Assembly (NCBI GenBank): GCA_032127075.1 | Contig: JAQAZZ010000068.1 | Span: 1 to 60,084 of the forward strand | Direction of reading: 5' to 3' | Origin: Micrococcales bacterium | GTDB taxonomy: Bacteria; Actinomycetota; Actinomycetes; S36-B12; GCA-2699445 | Length of the DNA stretch: 60,084 bases | Shown: positions 40,417-50,450 of the stretch, in pieces | How positions within the stretch are numbered: the first letter of the stretch is position 1 | Layout of the letters: each line of letters starts with the position of its first letter | Notes under the pieces: model-generated | Database searches by the model: none | Told to the model about the DNA's origin: nothing | The model's input: the letters and a program-made list of their open reading frames with translations, nothing else | Position numbers and translations under genes: made by a program

Positions 40417-40752
40417 ATGGCCTGCACCGACGATGGGGTGGACTGCGACGAGGTCCTGTCCCAGGTCTACGAGTACTTGCACCAAGAACTCGACAGCGAG
40501 GGGGTCGAGCGGGTCCAGCAACACTTGGATGCCTGCGGCTTCTGCCTGCGGCAGTACGGGCTGGAGCGCGAGGTCCAAGACCTCATAGCCCGCTCGTGCG
40601 GATGCTCACCGGCGCCGGAGAATCTGAGACGCCGGATCATCGAACGCATCACCCAGGTGCGGGTGAGCGGTGGTGGGGCGACGGCCACCGGCACGTTCTA
40701 CGCCGAGACCAGCTACACCTCGTCCAACGCCACCATGGATCCGGAGCGCTGA
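40417..40752 (+). CDS. rshA: ZAS anti-sigma factor RshA/RsrA
   Basis: C..V...VYEYL, HLDACGFC (HxxxCxxC). Confidence 0.92.
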   Translation: MACTDDGVDCDEVLSQVYEYLHQELDSEGVERVQQHLDACGFCLRQYGLEREVQDLIARSCGCSPAPENLRRRIIERITQVRVSGGGATATGTFYAETSYTSSNATMDPER

Positions 40753-40778
40753 ACCACCCTCGGGGCTCGCAACAGGCG

Positions 40779-40853
40779 TCAGGAGTTGGGTCGCTTGCCT
40801 CCGTTGGCGTTGCTCTTCTTGCGGGAACGGCGCTTCCTGGCCCTCTTGCTCAC
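40779..40853 (-). CDS. 50S ribosomal protein bL37 (24 aa)
   Basis: MSKRARKRRSRKKSNANGGKRPNS*; SD GAGGAG; conserved position after rshA. Confidence 0.9.
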   Translation of the reverse strand: MSKRARKRRSRKKSNANGGKRPNS

Positions 40854-40894
40854 GATCTCTCCTCAGCTGCGGACCCCCAGGGTACCGTCAGCCC

Positions 40895-41269
40895 ATGAGT
40901 GACATCCACGTCGGCGCACGCGCCGGACTGCGGTTCACCGTTGCCGCCGAAGACACGGCCGTCTCGCTGGGCAGCGGCGATGTGCCCGTCCTTGCCACAC
41001 CGCGGGCGATCGCCTGGGTGGAGGCGGCGAGTTGTGCCGCCGTTGCCGATCAACTGGCTGCGGCGCAGACCACCGTGGGAACCCGGGTGGAGATCGACCA
41101 TCTGCTGCCCACATGGGTCGGGGCCGACGTCGTCGCCGACGCGATGGTCCGGGAGGTGGCCGGATCCAGGGTGGTGTTCGATGTCCGGCTCACCGAGGAC
41201 GATGGGAGGATTCTGTTGGCGGGCAGCATCGCCCGTGCAGTTGTACAGCGGGAAAGGTTCGGTGCCTGA
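40895..41269 (+). CDS. Hotdog thioesterase (FlK-like)
   Basis: LGSGDVPVLATP, TTVGT....H. Confidence 0.9.
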   Translation: MSDIHVGARAGLRFTVAAEDTAVSLGSGDVPVLATPRAIAWVEAASCAAVADQLAAAQTTVGTRVEIDHLLPTWVGADVVADAMVREVAGSRVVFDVRLTEDDGRILLAGSIARAVVQRERFGA

Positions 41270-42018
41270 TGTTCTTCGACCTTGAGGACCACGGCGACAC
41301 CACCGTGCTGCGGATGGGCGGCCCCAAAGCGAACGCCCAGTCCCCGGAGTGGCTCGCCGGGTTGAAGGAGGCGGTCGGCAGCGCGGCAGAGCTCGACCGC
41401 GCCGGCCTGGTGCTGACCGGCTCCGGCCGAGCGTTCAGCGCCGGCATGGACCTTCCCCACCTGATCGATCTGGACCGCGACGACCTGCAGGAGTTCATGC
41501 GGGGTTTCGCCGAGGCGATGGAGACCGTACTCACCCACCCGCGACCGGTGGTGGCGGCGATCAACGGCCACGCAGTCGCCGGCGGTTGTGTCCTGTCGCT
41601 CATGTGCGACTACCGGGTGATGGCGGCGGGCTCCGCCGTGATCGGCTTGAAGGAGGTCGCCCTGGGGATCGGGCTGCCGGCGATCGTCCTCGAACCCCTG
41701 CGGGCCAGGGTGCCCGCCCGGTCGCTGGCCCCGGTCGCGATGTCGGCTGAGTTGTTCACCGCGGACGATGCGCTGGCGCTGGAACTGGTCGACGACGTCG
41801 TCGGTCCGGAGGACCTGCTGGATTCGGCCCTGGAGCGGGTCCGCGCCCTTTCCGGTCCACCCGCGGCAACCGCCCAGGTCAAGAACGCGATCCTGCGGCC
41901 CTTGCTGGGCCAGCTGCGTGCGCACGAGGATGCCGAACTGCAGGCGTGGCTCGACACCTGGTTCTCCCCCGACGGCCGCCGACTGGTGGGCGAGACGGTG
42001 GCCGCGCTGCGCCGGTAG
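41269..42018 (+). CDS. Enoyl-CoA hydratase/isomerase family
   Basis: FSAGMDL, AINGHAVAGG, GLKEV. Confidence 0.92.
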   Translation: MFFDLEDHGDTTVLRMGGPKANAQSPEWLAGLKEAVGSAAELDRAGLVLTGSGRAFSAGMDLPHLIDLDRDDLQEFMRGFAEAMETVLTHPRPVVAAINGHAVAGGCVLSLMCDYRVMAAGSAVIGLKEVALGIGLPAIVLEPLRARVPARSLAPVAMSAELFTADDALALELVDDVVGPEDLLDSALERVRALSGPPAATAQVKNAILRPLLGQLRAHEDAELQAWLDTWFSPDGRRLVGETVAALRR

Positions 42019-42050
42019 GCCGCCGCCGGACCCCCACCGGCGTCATCGGC

Positions 42051-43430
42051 TCACGCGACCTTGCGCTTGAGGAACTTCGCCACGGTCTTGATGAACACGT
42101 TGCGGTCCGCTGCCGCGCTCAACGGATCGATGTGGCTGTAGGTCTTCGAGCGGTCCACCGTCATCACCTGCCGACGCGGCACCCCCGCCGACATGGCGAG
42201 CTGCCGGGTGGCTTTGCCCACCGCGCCGCCGCCGAGAGCGGCGTCGAAGCCGTACATCGGTACCCGAGCCTCGGACCCCAGCGTCGCCTTGACGCCGAAG
42301 ACCTTCTGCGCCGGGTTGGCCTGGCCGTTGTTCACCGAGCGGGAATCCAGGCTCAACCGCCGCGGGTGGTACCACGACGTGCCGTCCACCGATCCGGTCT
42401 CGGCGAACACCTTGGCCGCCCGCCGGGCGCTGCCCAGCTCACCGTCCTGCCAGCCTCGCGGATCCCCGCTGGCCGCCAACTCCCCGATGTTGCTGTGGAC
42501 CAGCGCCAGGTAGTCCGGTGACGTGTCGGCGTCCACGCTGTAGCCGTAGGCGGCGAGGTTCGTCGCCGGGACCGGTGGTCTGAGGTCGGCGGGCACCAGG
42601 GGGAGCGGATCAAGCGCCGATGGGCTGTCCGGATCCTTGACCGCGGTGGTGGAGCCCACGGCGTTGAAGACCCCCGACGCCCACGGCAGCCCCAAACGCA
42701 ACAGGTCGAGGAACGGCTCCCCGGCCCGCAATTCGGCCAGCTGCGACCGCGCTTCCTCGGCCGACGGCAACTCCCGGCTGGCGCCCGAGCCGTCGATGAA
42801 CACCAGGCCGTCCAGATCCTTCGCCCCGGGCTTGCCGCCGAAGTCCCATGAGGCGTACGCGGCTGCCATGCGGCCGCCGAGGGAGTGTCCGCCGAGCACC
42901 ACCGACCGGTCCCGCTTGCCGGCCTTCTTCACCACGCGGCGCACATCCTTCATCGCCACCGCGAGTCCCCACTCACGCGCGAAGGCGGTCTCCTCCGCCG
43001 TCTTGGGCTCGAATCGCGGCTGCTGGTCGGGGTTGACCAGCCAGCCGAGGTAGTAGTCGACCAGGTCTGCGGAGTCGACTTCGCCTGCGGCGTAGTCGCT
43101 CAGCACCGAGTGATCCTCCAGCAGGTTCTCCCGCCGCTCGATCGACCAGACCTGCCAGCCGTCCAGTCGCTGCAACAGCGCGCGCGCCATGACTCGGAAA
43201 TTCGTCGCCCCGGCCGAGGTGCCGGGAATCAGCACCAGCACCTTGTCGGCCTTCGCGGGACCCTGCTTGCGGATGCCGACCTTGTTGTACTTCGAAGGTG
43301 TGCCGGGGGCCTTATGGCCCTTGATCGTGGTGATGTCGCCGGCGGCGGCGGCAACGCCCGGACTGCCGGCCAGCAGGCCTGCCGCCAGGCCGGCACCGAG
43401 GATCGCGCAGAGGTGTTTGCTGAGGCTCAT
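42051..43430 (-). CDS. Secreted alpha/beta-hydrolase
   Basis: Signal peptide; GGHSLGG; YSHIDP. Confidence 0.8.
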   Translation of the reverse strand: MSLSKHLCAILGAGLAAGLLAGSPGVAAAAGDITTIKGHKAPGTPSKYNKVGIRKQGPAKADKVLVLIPGTSAGATNFRVMARALLQRLDGWQVWSIERRENLLEDHSVLSDYAAGEVDSADLVDYYLGWLVNPDQQPRFEPKTAEETAFAREWGLAVAMKDVRRVVKKAGKRDRSVVLGGHSLGGRMAAAYASWDFGGKPGAKDLDGLVFIDGSGASRELPSAEEARSQLAELRAGEPFLDLLRLGLPWASGVFNAVGSTTAVKDPDSPSALDPLPLVPADLRPPVPATNLAAYGYSVDADTSPDYLALVHSNIGELAASGDPRGWQDGELGSARRAAKVFAETGSVDGTSWYHPRRLSLDSRSVNNGQANPAQKVFGVKATLGSEARVPMYGFDAALGGGAVGKATRQLAMSAGVPRRQVMTVDRSKTYSHIDPLSAAADRNVFIKTVAKFLKRKVA

Positions 43431-43497
43431 GTCGCCAGTCTCACCTACGACGGACATCGACGCAGCCGACCGCCACAGACTTGGTGCGGCCGCCGCC

Positions 43498-45204
43498 CTA
43501 CACCCCGGTGGTGCGGCGCGGGTAGGCCACAGCGGTATCGGTCGCGACGTTCACCAGGTACGGCACGCCTGCCGCCAGGGCCCGGTCCAGCGCCGGCCCG
43601 ATCTGGTCGGGATCGGTGACGGTCTCGCCTGCGCCGCCCAGGGCCCGGCAGACGTCGTCGTAGCGGGTCTGGCCGAGGTCGGCCACGACGTCGTAGCCGT
43701 ACAGGAACTGCATGGGGTGCTTCTCCAGCGCCCAGGCGCTGTTGTTGCCCACGATCATCACCACCGGCAGGTTGTGGCGCACGAGCGAGTCGATGTCCAT
43801 CAGGGAGAAGCCCGCCGCACCGTCGCCGAGCAGCAGCACCACCGGGCTGTCGGGCCGGACCACCCTCGCCGCCATCGCGTATCCCAGGCCGGTCCCCAGG
43901 CAGCCGTACGGCCCGGGATCCAGCCAGTTCCCCGGCCGGGCAGGTTCCAGATAGCGGCCAGCGAAGGACACGAAGTCGCCGCCGTCGCCGATCACGACGG
44001 TGTCGTCGGTGAGCCGGCGCTGGAGTTCGCCGTAGATCCGGGCCGGGTGGATCGGGTCGGCGTCGCTGTCGAGCTCGGCCGCGTCGGCAGCCACGCCTGC
44101 CCGGTGCAGCTGAAGCAGCCGGGCGGTCCATCCGGAGTGGTCGCGCTGCTGCGGCCGGCTGCCGTAGTGGTCGTGGATTCCGGTCAGAATGTGCGCCAGC
44201 GACCCGGTCGCCCCAGCGGCCAGGGGTGCGTGGGGGGAGAGTTGGTCGGCGGCGTCGCCGATGTGGACCACCGCCGCGGGTTCGGCCCCGTCCTGACCGC
44301 CGAAGGTGCCGTAGCCGAGCCGGAAGTCCAGTGGGGCGCCCACAACAACCACCAGGTCGGCGCCGCTGAACGCCGCCGACCGCGCCCGGGTCACCAGGCA
44401 CCGGTGTCCGCGGGGCAGGACACCGCGGCCCATGCCGTTGGCGATGACGGGCAGATCCAACGCTTCGACCAGCAACCGGGCCTCCGCCTCGGCGTCGTCG
44501 GCCCACACGTCACCGCCCAGCACGACGACTGGCCGCTGCGCCGCCGCCAGCAGGCCGGCGATGCGTCGGACCGACTCCTCATCGGGCGGCGTCCGGACCG
44601 GGGGATCGTAGCGGGGCGCCGCTGCGGTGGCGTGGGAGTACAACACGTCCATCCCGACGTCGAGAAACACCGGTCCGCGGTGCGGCTCGGCGGCGATGCG
44701 GAATGCCCGGGCGGTCTCTGCGGCCACATCCCCGGTCGCCGCGATGGTGGCGGCGGACTTGGTGATCGCAGCGAGCAGCGGCGGGTGGTCCAACTCCTGC
44801 AGCGCCCCGCGCCCCCAGCGCCCCGCCGGCGCCCGGCCGCCGAGCACCACCATCGGCGACCCGCTGAATCTCGCTCCGGCGACGGCGCTGACCGTGTTGG
44901 TGACCCCCGGTCCGGCCGTCACGACCGCTAGGCCGGGTACGCGCGTGAGTTTGCCGGTGGCCTCTGCGGCGAAGGCGGCCGTCGCTTCGTGGCGGACGTC
45001 GATCAGGCGCATCGGCCCGCCACGCTGCGCGGAGAGGGTGTCGGCTGCCGAGTCCACCCCCGCCCGGCCTCCCACGGCTGCGTCGTAGAGCGGGAAGACG
45101 TGGGCGCCGGACAGGGTCCACATCACGTCCTGCCCGTATGCCCTGGCGGCGGCGACTGCATGGTCGCCGCCGTGGCCGCTGATCGTCTCGGTGTCGGAAG
45201 CCAT
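43498..45204 (-). CDS. ThDP-dependent enzyme (acetolactate synthase IlvG-like)
   Basis: DVRHE, TAGPGVTN, GDGAAGFS...GNN. Confidence 0.92.
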   Translation of the reverse strand: MASDTETISGHGGDHAVAAARAYGQDVMWTLSGAHVFPLYDAAVGGRAGVDSAADTLSAQRGGPMRLIDVRHEATAAFAAEATGKLTRVPGLAVVTAGPGVTNTVSAVAGARFSGSPMVVLGGRAPAGRWGRGALQELDHPPLLAAITKSAATIAATGDVAAETARAFRIAAEPHRGPVFLDVGMDVLYSHATAAAPRYDPPVRTPPDEESVRRIAGLLAAAQRPVVVLGGDVWADDAEAEARLLVEALDLPVIANGMGRGVLPRGHRCLVTRARSAAFSGADLVVVVGAPLDFRLGYGTFGGQDGAEPAAVVHIGDAADQLSPHAPLAAGATGSLAHILTGIHDHYGSRPQQRDHSGWTARLLQLHRAGVAADAAELDSDADPIHPARIYGELQRRLTDDTVVIGDGGDFVSFAGRYLEPARPGNWLDPGPYGCLGTGLGYAMAARVVRPDSPVVLLLGDGAAGFSLMDIDSLVRHNLPVVMIVGNNSAWALEKHPMQFLYGYDVVADLGQTRYDDVCRALGGAGETVTDPDQIGPALDRALAAGVPYLVNVATDTAVAYPRRTTGV

Positions 45205-45253
45205 GCAACGACCGTACAAGCCGGAGGTCGCGCTGGTGTGCCAGTCTCTAGCC

Positions 45254-46105
45254 ATGAGCCAGCCCAGGATCGCGGTGGTCACCTGCGTTGAGTTGCCCGA
45301 GCCGGACCACGATGAGGATCTGCTGATGTCGGCGCTGCGCGCCGCGGGCGCCGACGCCCACCTGGCGGCCTGGGACGACCCGGACATCGACTGGGCCACC
45401 TTCGAGTTGGCGGTCATCCGTTCCACCTGGAACTACATCGACCACCTGGACGATTTCCTGGGCTGGGTGCGGCGCACGGCGTCGGCGACAAGACTGTTGA
45501 ACCCCGAGGCGGTGATCCGCTGGAACTGCCACAAGGCCTATCTGCATGGCCTGGCTGAGCGGGGTCTGCCGGTGGTGCCGACGGTCTTCGTCCCACAGGG
45601 CTCCGAGCTGACGCTGTCGCAGGTGATGGCGTCCCGCGGGTGGCCCGATGTTGTGGCCAAACCCGCCGTGGGGGCGGGTTCGTACCTGACCGAGCGGGTG
45701 CGGCTGCGGGACCTGCCGCAGCGTGAGGGGTTCTGGCGGTCGCTGGTCTCGCGGCGGGAGGCGATGGTGCAGCCGTACCTGTCGTCGGTCGATGGCTACG
45801 GCGAGCGGGCGCTGGTCTGGATCGACGGCGAGTTCACCCATGCGATCCGCAAGGATCCCCGCCTCGGCGAAGCCGAAGAGTCGGTGTCGGAAGCGCTGCC
45901 GATCGCAAAGGACGAGCGCGAGTTGGGCCATCAGGTACTCGCCGACACTTGGGACGATCTGTTGTACGCGCGGGTCGACCTGATCCGTGCCGACGACGGC
46001 GCACCGCTGATCGCCGAACTGGAACTGGTCGAGCCGTCGCTGTTCCTGCTGCAGTCGCCGGCGGCGCTGGATCGCCTGGTGACCGCGCTCCTGCGGCGGA
46101 CCTGA
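45254..46105 (+). CDS. ATP-grasp (RimK-like) protein
   Basis: RSTWNY, WNCHKAYL, KPAVGAG, YARVD, ELELVEPSLF. Confidence 0.9.
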   Translation: MSQPRIAVVTCVELPEPDHDEDLLMSALRAAGADAHLAAWDDPDIDWATFELAVIRSTWNYIDHLDDFLGWVRRTASATRLLNPEAVIRWNCHKAYLHGLAERGLPVVPTVFVPQGSELTLSQVMASRGWPDVVAKPAVGAGSYLTERVRLRDLPQREGFWRSLVSRREAMVQPYLSSVDGYGERALVWIDGEFTHAIRKDPRLGEAEESVSEALPIAKDERELGHQVLADTWDDLLYARVDLIRADDGAPLIAELELVEPSLFLLQSPAALDRLVTALLRRT

Positions 46106-46155
46106 ACCGCGGCGCTGACCGACACGCAAACCGCGCGGTTGCCTATCCTCGGAAG

Positions 46156-47661
46156 GTGCCTGCCTGGGAGAGCGTCGTCAGATCCAGGACCGAGCTCGCC
46201 GCCCCGGCCACCAACCGCCTGCGGCTGCTCATGCAAGAGTGGTCTCTCCTCGCCGATCTGGGCTTCTCCGACCTGGTGCTGTTCGTACGCACCTGGGACG
46301 CCGCCGGGTGGATAGCCATCTCGCATGTGCGCCCCTCCACCTCGGCCACGCTCTTCACCGACGACCCGGTAGGCGTGTTCGTGCCCCGTTCCCGGGCGAC
46401 CGGCATGGAACGGGCGCTGCAATCAGGGGAGCGGGCCCGCAGCCGCAACCGGCCCGACGCCGCACCGGCGGGCCTCGGCGGTCTCACCGATCCGATCGAG
46501 GCGATCCCGGTAGGCGATGGCGAGGGTGTCATCGCCGTCCTCGGCCGATACAGCACCATCGACCAGCGGCGCATCGGCGAGATGGAGCAGAACTACCTGG
46601 CGGCCTGCGATTCCCTGCTGGCGATGGTCGCCGCCGGCGAGTTCCCGGTCGGCTCTGCGGAGGTCGTGGGTGCAGCGGCGCCCCGGGTGGGCGACGGCAT
46701 GCTCCGCCTCGACGACACCGGCAGGGTGCGCTACGCCAGCCCGAATGCCCGAACGTGCCTTCGGCGCCTCGGCGTCTCGGATCCCGTCGTCGGCACGCCG
46801 CTGTCGGAACTCCTCGGCAGGGTCGGCCGCAAGCACAGCCCCGTGGATCAGGCGGCAGTGCGGATCGCTGCCGGAGCCACGATCGGCGAGGCCGAGTTCG
46901 CCACGGGATCGGCCATCATGACCGTGCGCGCCATACCGCTGCGAGGAGATGGCCGACGGGACGGTGCCGTGGCGCTGCTGCGCGATGTCACCGAACTGCG
47001 CAGCCAGGAACGGGCGCTGGTGTCCAAGGACGCGACGATCCGCGAGATCCACCACCGGGTGAAGAACAACCTGCAGACGGTCGGGGCGCTGCTGCGGCTG
47101 CAGGCCCGACGGCTGCCGGCGGGCGAACCGCGGTCGGCGCTGTTGGACGCGGTGGCACGGGTGGGCACTATCGCGCTCGTCCATGAGTCGCTGGCCCGCA
47201 GCCCCGGCGAACAAGTCGATTTCGACGAGATCTGCCGGCGGATCCTGACCATGGCGAAGGATGCTGCCGCGGCGCAGGACCATCCGGTGCCCGATGTCGC
47301 CGTCTCGGGGTCGTTCGGGGTGCTGCCCTCGGAGGTGGCCACGCCGCTGGCGATGGTGCTTGCCGAGGTCCTGCTGAACGCGATGGAACATAGCCGAGCG
47401 GCGCGGGTGTGGGTGGGGGCGCTTAGGACCGAGGGCGAGATCCAACTGGCGGTCAGCGACAACGGCGCAGGGTTCGACCCGGCGGCGGTTGAGGGACTCG
47501 GGCTGCAGATCGTTGCGACGCTGGTCCGGGACCAGTTGCACGGGAACCTGGCGATCACCAGCAGCGGGAATGACCCTTGGCCCGCCGCCCTGCCCGACGA
47601 GTGGGATGTCGAGTCGCAGCGAACGGCCACAACCGCGGTCCGAGTGGTGTGCCCGCTGTAG
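46156..47661 (+). CDS. pdtaS: Cytoplasmic sensor kinase PdtaS (GAF-PAS-HisKA_2)
   Basis: W.LLADLGFSDL, PRVGDG, EIHHRVKNNLQ; adjacent to whiB1. Confidence 0.9.
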   Translation: MPAWESVVRSRTELAAPATNRLRLLMQEWSLLADLGFSDLVLFVRTWDAAGWIAISHVRPSTSATLFTDDPVGVFVPRSRATGMERALQSGERARSRNRPDAAPAGLGGLTDPIEAIPVGDGEGVIAVLGRYSTIDQRRIGEMEQNYLAACDSLLAMVAAGEFPVGSAEVVGAAAPRVGDGMLRLDDTGRVRYASPNARTCLRRLGVSDPVVGTPLSELLGRVGRKHSPVDQAAVRIAAGATIGEAEFATGSAIMTVRAIPLRGDGRRDGAVALLRDVTELRSQERALVSKDATIREIHHRVKNNLQTVGALLRLQARRLPAGEPRSALLDAVARVGTIALVHESLARSPGEQVDFDEICRRILTMAKDAAAAQDHPVPDVAVSGSFGVLPSEVATPLAMVLAEVLLNAMEHSRAARVWVGALRTEGEIQLAVSDNGAGFDPAAVEGLGLQIVATLVRDQLHGNLAITSSGNDPWPAALPDEWDVESQRTATTAVRVVCPL

Positions 47662-47692
47662 GTGCGGGTGGCTCTTGCCCCGGGCGGCCGGT

Positions 47693-47944
47693 TCAGGCCA
47701 GCCGAGCGCGCTCCCGGGCACGGCGGCGCTTCAGCGAACGACGCTCGTCTTCGCTCAGACCGCCCCAGACGCCGGCGTCCTGACCGGTCTCGATCGCCCA
47801 GTTGAGACACACTTCGCGGGCCTCACACGACTGGCACACTCGCTTGGCGTCTTCGATCTGGGCCAATGCCGGACCGGTGTTGCCGATCGGGAAGAACAAC
47901 TCGGGCTCTTCGTCCCGGCACGCCGCGATATGGCGCCAGTCCAT
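47693..47944 (-). CDS. whiB1: WhiB1/WblE Fe-S transcription factor
   Basis: MDWRH.AAC, PELFFPIGNTGPA, GVWGGLSEDERR. Confidence 0.97.
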   Translation of the reverse strand: MDWRHIAACRDEEPELFFPIGNTGPALAQIEDAKRVCQSCEAREVCLNWAIETGQDAGVWGGLSEDERRSLKRRRARERARLA

Positions 47945-47973
47945 GAGTCCTCCTCAGTGTGTCGGAGCGATGC

Positions 47974-47991
47974 TCGTGAATCCCTTCACAA
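47974..47991. promoter_or_regulatory. Rex-type operator (also fits CRP) in whiB1 leader
   Basis: TCGTGAA-tccc-TTCACAA vs TTGTGAA-N4-TTCACAA (1 mismatch). Confidence 0.7.
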
Positions 47992-48258
47992 GCGGGGCCG
48001 ATCCCGTCGGATGACGCATTCAGCCGGTGCTGTAGTGTGGGAGTTTGAACCCTGTTCGCTCACTGATCATCGACCAGTGATCCAAGCGTTACAGGTGGAC
48101 GGACTGTGGACAAGGGTTAATCATCGGCGGTTCGCCCGCTGCGGTGTCGCGTTCGTCACACTGCCCGTGCGTTCTATCCGATTGTCGCCCGATTGCCACC
48201 GCAATACGCGGGTTGCGGCCGGTTCCGCCCCCGCCTGCGGTCGGCCAACGAGCGGCAA

Positions 48259-48699
48259 TCAGTTCTGCGCGGTCTGTTCCCGGTGTGCGCCCGCTTCGGT
48301 GCGGCCGCTGCGCTTGGCCGTGGCAACAGCCAGCGCCGCCAGGCCTGCCAGCGCGGTGGCGCTGACCACCGCCCCGACCGGCACACCCGCGCCGGCTCCC
48401 GTCATCATGGGCACCCCCACAGTCAGCGCAAGCAGCTGGATGACAACAAAGGGCACGCTGCTCCAGGATCTCCCCGACCAGCGGCCGATTGCCACTACCG
48501 CCACTCCGACGCCAAGCAGGGCGAACGTGACAACCTCCACCGCCACTCCGGTCGGTGATGAGACTTCTTGGGGACCTTCGATGCCCTGCGTGAGGGCCAC
48601 CGCGGCGATGCTGATCGAATAGCCGAGCAGCAGCGCGGCTGGGATCCCCGCGCACACCGCGGTGGTGCGCTCGGCGGTCGTTGCGGTGATGCGTGCCAC
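48259..48699 (-). CDS. Small integral membrane protein
   Basis: About 4 hydrophobic segments; TAGGCT -10 before GTG; conserved position between whiB1 and DAGK. Confidence 0.75.
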   Translation of the reverse strand: MARITATTAERTTAVCAGIPAALLLGYSISIAAVALTQGIEGPQEVSSPTGVAVEVVTFALLGVGVAVVAIGRWSGRSWSSVPFVVIQLLALTVGVPMMTGAGAGVPVGAVVSATALAGLAALAVATAKRSGRTEAGAHREQTAQN

Positions 48700-48732
48700 G
48701 GGTTCAGCCTACGTGCCCGTTAGCCTCGGGGG

Positions 48733-49656
48733 GTGCGCGGTCTTCTCGTAGTCAACCCCAACGCCACCTCCACGAACGAGCGGGTGAGGGATGTGCTCGT
48801 CCATGCCTTGGCTTCGGTGGGGCATATGGACGTGGTCGTCACCACCCACCGCGGCCACGCCCACGAACTCGGCGAGAAGGCGCTGCGCGATGAGTTGGAT
48901 GTTGTGGTGACCCTGGGCGGGGACGGCACGATCAACGAAGTCGTCAACGGGATGCTGACCGACGGGCCTGGCCCGGCTGTCCCGGCGCTGGCGACGGTCC
49001 CCGGTGGTTCGGCCAACGTGCTGGCCAGGTCGTCGGGGTTGCCGCGCGACCCGGTCGAGGCGACCGCGGTTCTGATCGCGGGGTTGGAGGACCATCGGTT
49101 CCGCACCATCAATCTGGCCATCGCGGATGATCGGTGGCTGACCATGAGCGTGGGTATGGGCCTGGACGCGGAGATCATCGCAGCGATGGAGGAGAAGCGC
49201 CATCACGGGAAGAAGGCGACTCCCGCGCGGTATTTCGGCACGACTCTTCGGGAGTACTTCGCCGGGACGGATCGGCGCAGCCCGGCGATCACAATCCAGC
49301 GCCCGGGCGAGGACGATGTGGATCACGTGTTCCTGGCCATCGTGCAGAATGCCGCGCCGTGGACCTTCTTCGGCGACCTGCCGGTGAATCCCAACCCGGA
49401 GGCGAGTTTCGACCGCGACCTCGACGTCTTCGCGATCCGAGACCTACGGATCGTGCCGTCGCTGCGCTGGACCAGAAGGCTGTTGATGGGCAGCACGGCG
49501 GGGTCTGCCAAGGGCCTGTTCGTGGGGCGGGACATCGAGGAACTGACGCTGGTCGCCGACCGTCCCACAGCGGTTCAGCTCGACGGTGAGTCCTTGGGGG
49601 AGATGACGGAACTGGTCGTGAGGTCGGTCCCCCGGGCGTTGCGGATTGTGGTCTGA
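48733..49656 (+). CDS. Diacylglycerol kinase-family protein
   Basis: VNPNAT, GGDGTINE, PGGSANV, QLDGE. Confidence 0.93.
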   Translation: MRGLLVVNPNATSTNERVRDVLVHALASVGHMDVVVTTHRGHAHELGEKALRDELDVVVTLGGDGTINEVVNGMLTDGPGPAVPALATVPGGSANVLARSSGLPRDPVEATAVLIAGLEDHRFRTINLAIADDRWLTMSVGMGLDAEIIAAMEEKRHHGKKATPARYFGTTLREYFAGTDRRSPAITIQRPGEDDVDHVFLAIVQNAAPWTFFGDLPVNPNPEASFDRDLDVFAIRDLRIVPSLRWTRRLLMGSTAGSAKGLFVGRDIEELTLVADRPTAVQLDGESLGEMTELVVRSVPRALRIVV

Positions 49657-49658
49657 GC

Positions 49659-50450
49659 TCAGTACTCGTCCAACAGCCCGACCCGCAGCTGGGCGAGGGT
49701 CCGGGCCAGCAGCCGCGACACGTGCATCTGGGAGATGCCGATCTCGGCGGCGATTTCGGACTGGGTCTTGTTCTGGAAGAAGCGCATGAGCAGAATCGTC
49801 CGTTCCCGCTCCGGCAGCTGAGCCAGCAGCGGCTTCAGCGATTCACGGTTCTCCACTTGTTCCAGCGCGTCGTCGAGCGACCCCAGGGTGTCGCCGAGGG
49901 CGCCGCCCTCCTCGTCGCCGGAGGAACCGGCGTCGATCGAGGCGGTGGAGTAGGCCTGGGCCGATTCGATCCCTTCCAGGATCTCGTCCTCGCTGATGCC
50001 GATCCGCTGTGCGAGGTCGGCCACGGTTGGCGACCGCCCGGTTTCCTGGGCGAGTTCGGCGGTGGCCTTGTTGATCTGCAGCCGCAGTTCCTGCAACCGC
50101 CGCGGCACCCGAATCGCCCAGCCGCGGTCTCGGAAATGCCGCTTGATCTCCCCGACGATCGTGGGGGTGGCGTAGGTGGAGAACTCCCACCCGCGTGAAG
50201 TGTCGAACCGGTCCACGGCTTTGATGAGCCCGACAGTGCCCACCTGGACCAGGTCCTCGTGGGCCTCCCCGCGTTCCCGGAACCGTCGGGCGAGGTACTC
50301 GACGAGCGGCAGGTTCATCGTGACCACTTCGTCGCGCACCCGCCGGTAGTCGGCGTCGGCTTCGTCCAGGCTGGCCAACTGTGCCAGGAGTTCCCGCTCA
50401 CGCTGCCTGTTGCGCTCGGTCCACCGGCTGCCGGTACCCGTGGCGGTCAC
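49659..50450 (-). CDS. sigF: SigB/SigF-family sigma factor
   Basis: LARRF, DLVQVGTVGLIKAVDRFD, GEIKRHFRD, SQMHVSRL. Confidence 0.92.
   Translation of the reverse strand: MTATGTGSRWTERNRQRERELLAQLASLDEADADYRRVRDEVVTMNLPLVEYLARRFRERGEAHEDLVQVGTVGLIKAVDRFDTSRGWEFSTYATPTIVGEIKRHFRDRGWAIRVPRRLQELRLQINKATAELAQETGRSPTVADLAQRIGISEDEILEGIESAQAYSTASIDAGSSGDEEGGALGDTLGSLDDALEQVENRESLKPLLAQLPERERTILLMRFFQNKTQSEIAAEIGISQMHVSRLLARTLAQLRVGLLDEY

Noticed and set aside
47954-48019. 21-codon uORF (MRHPTGSAPLVKGFTSIAPTH) ending in the whiB1 SD
   Set aside because: No SD or leaderless signal; the notable sequence within it is explained by the Rex operator
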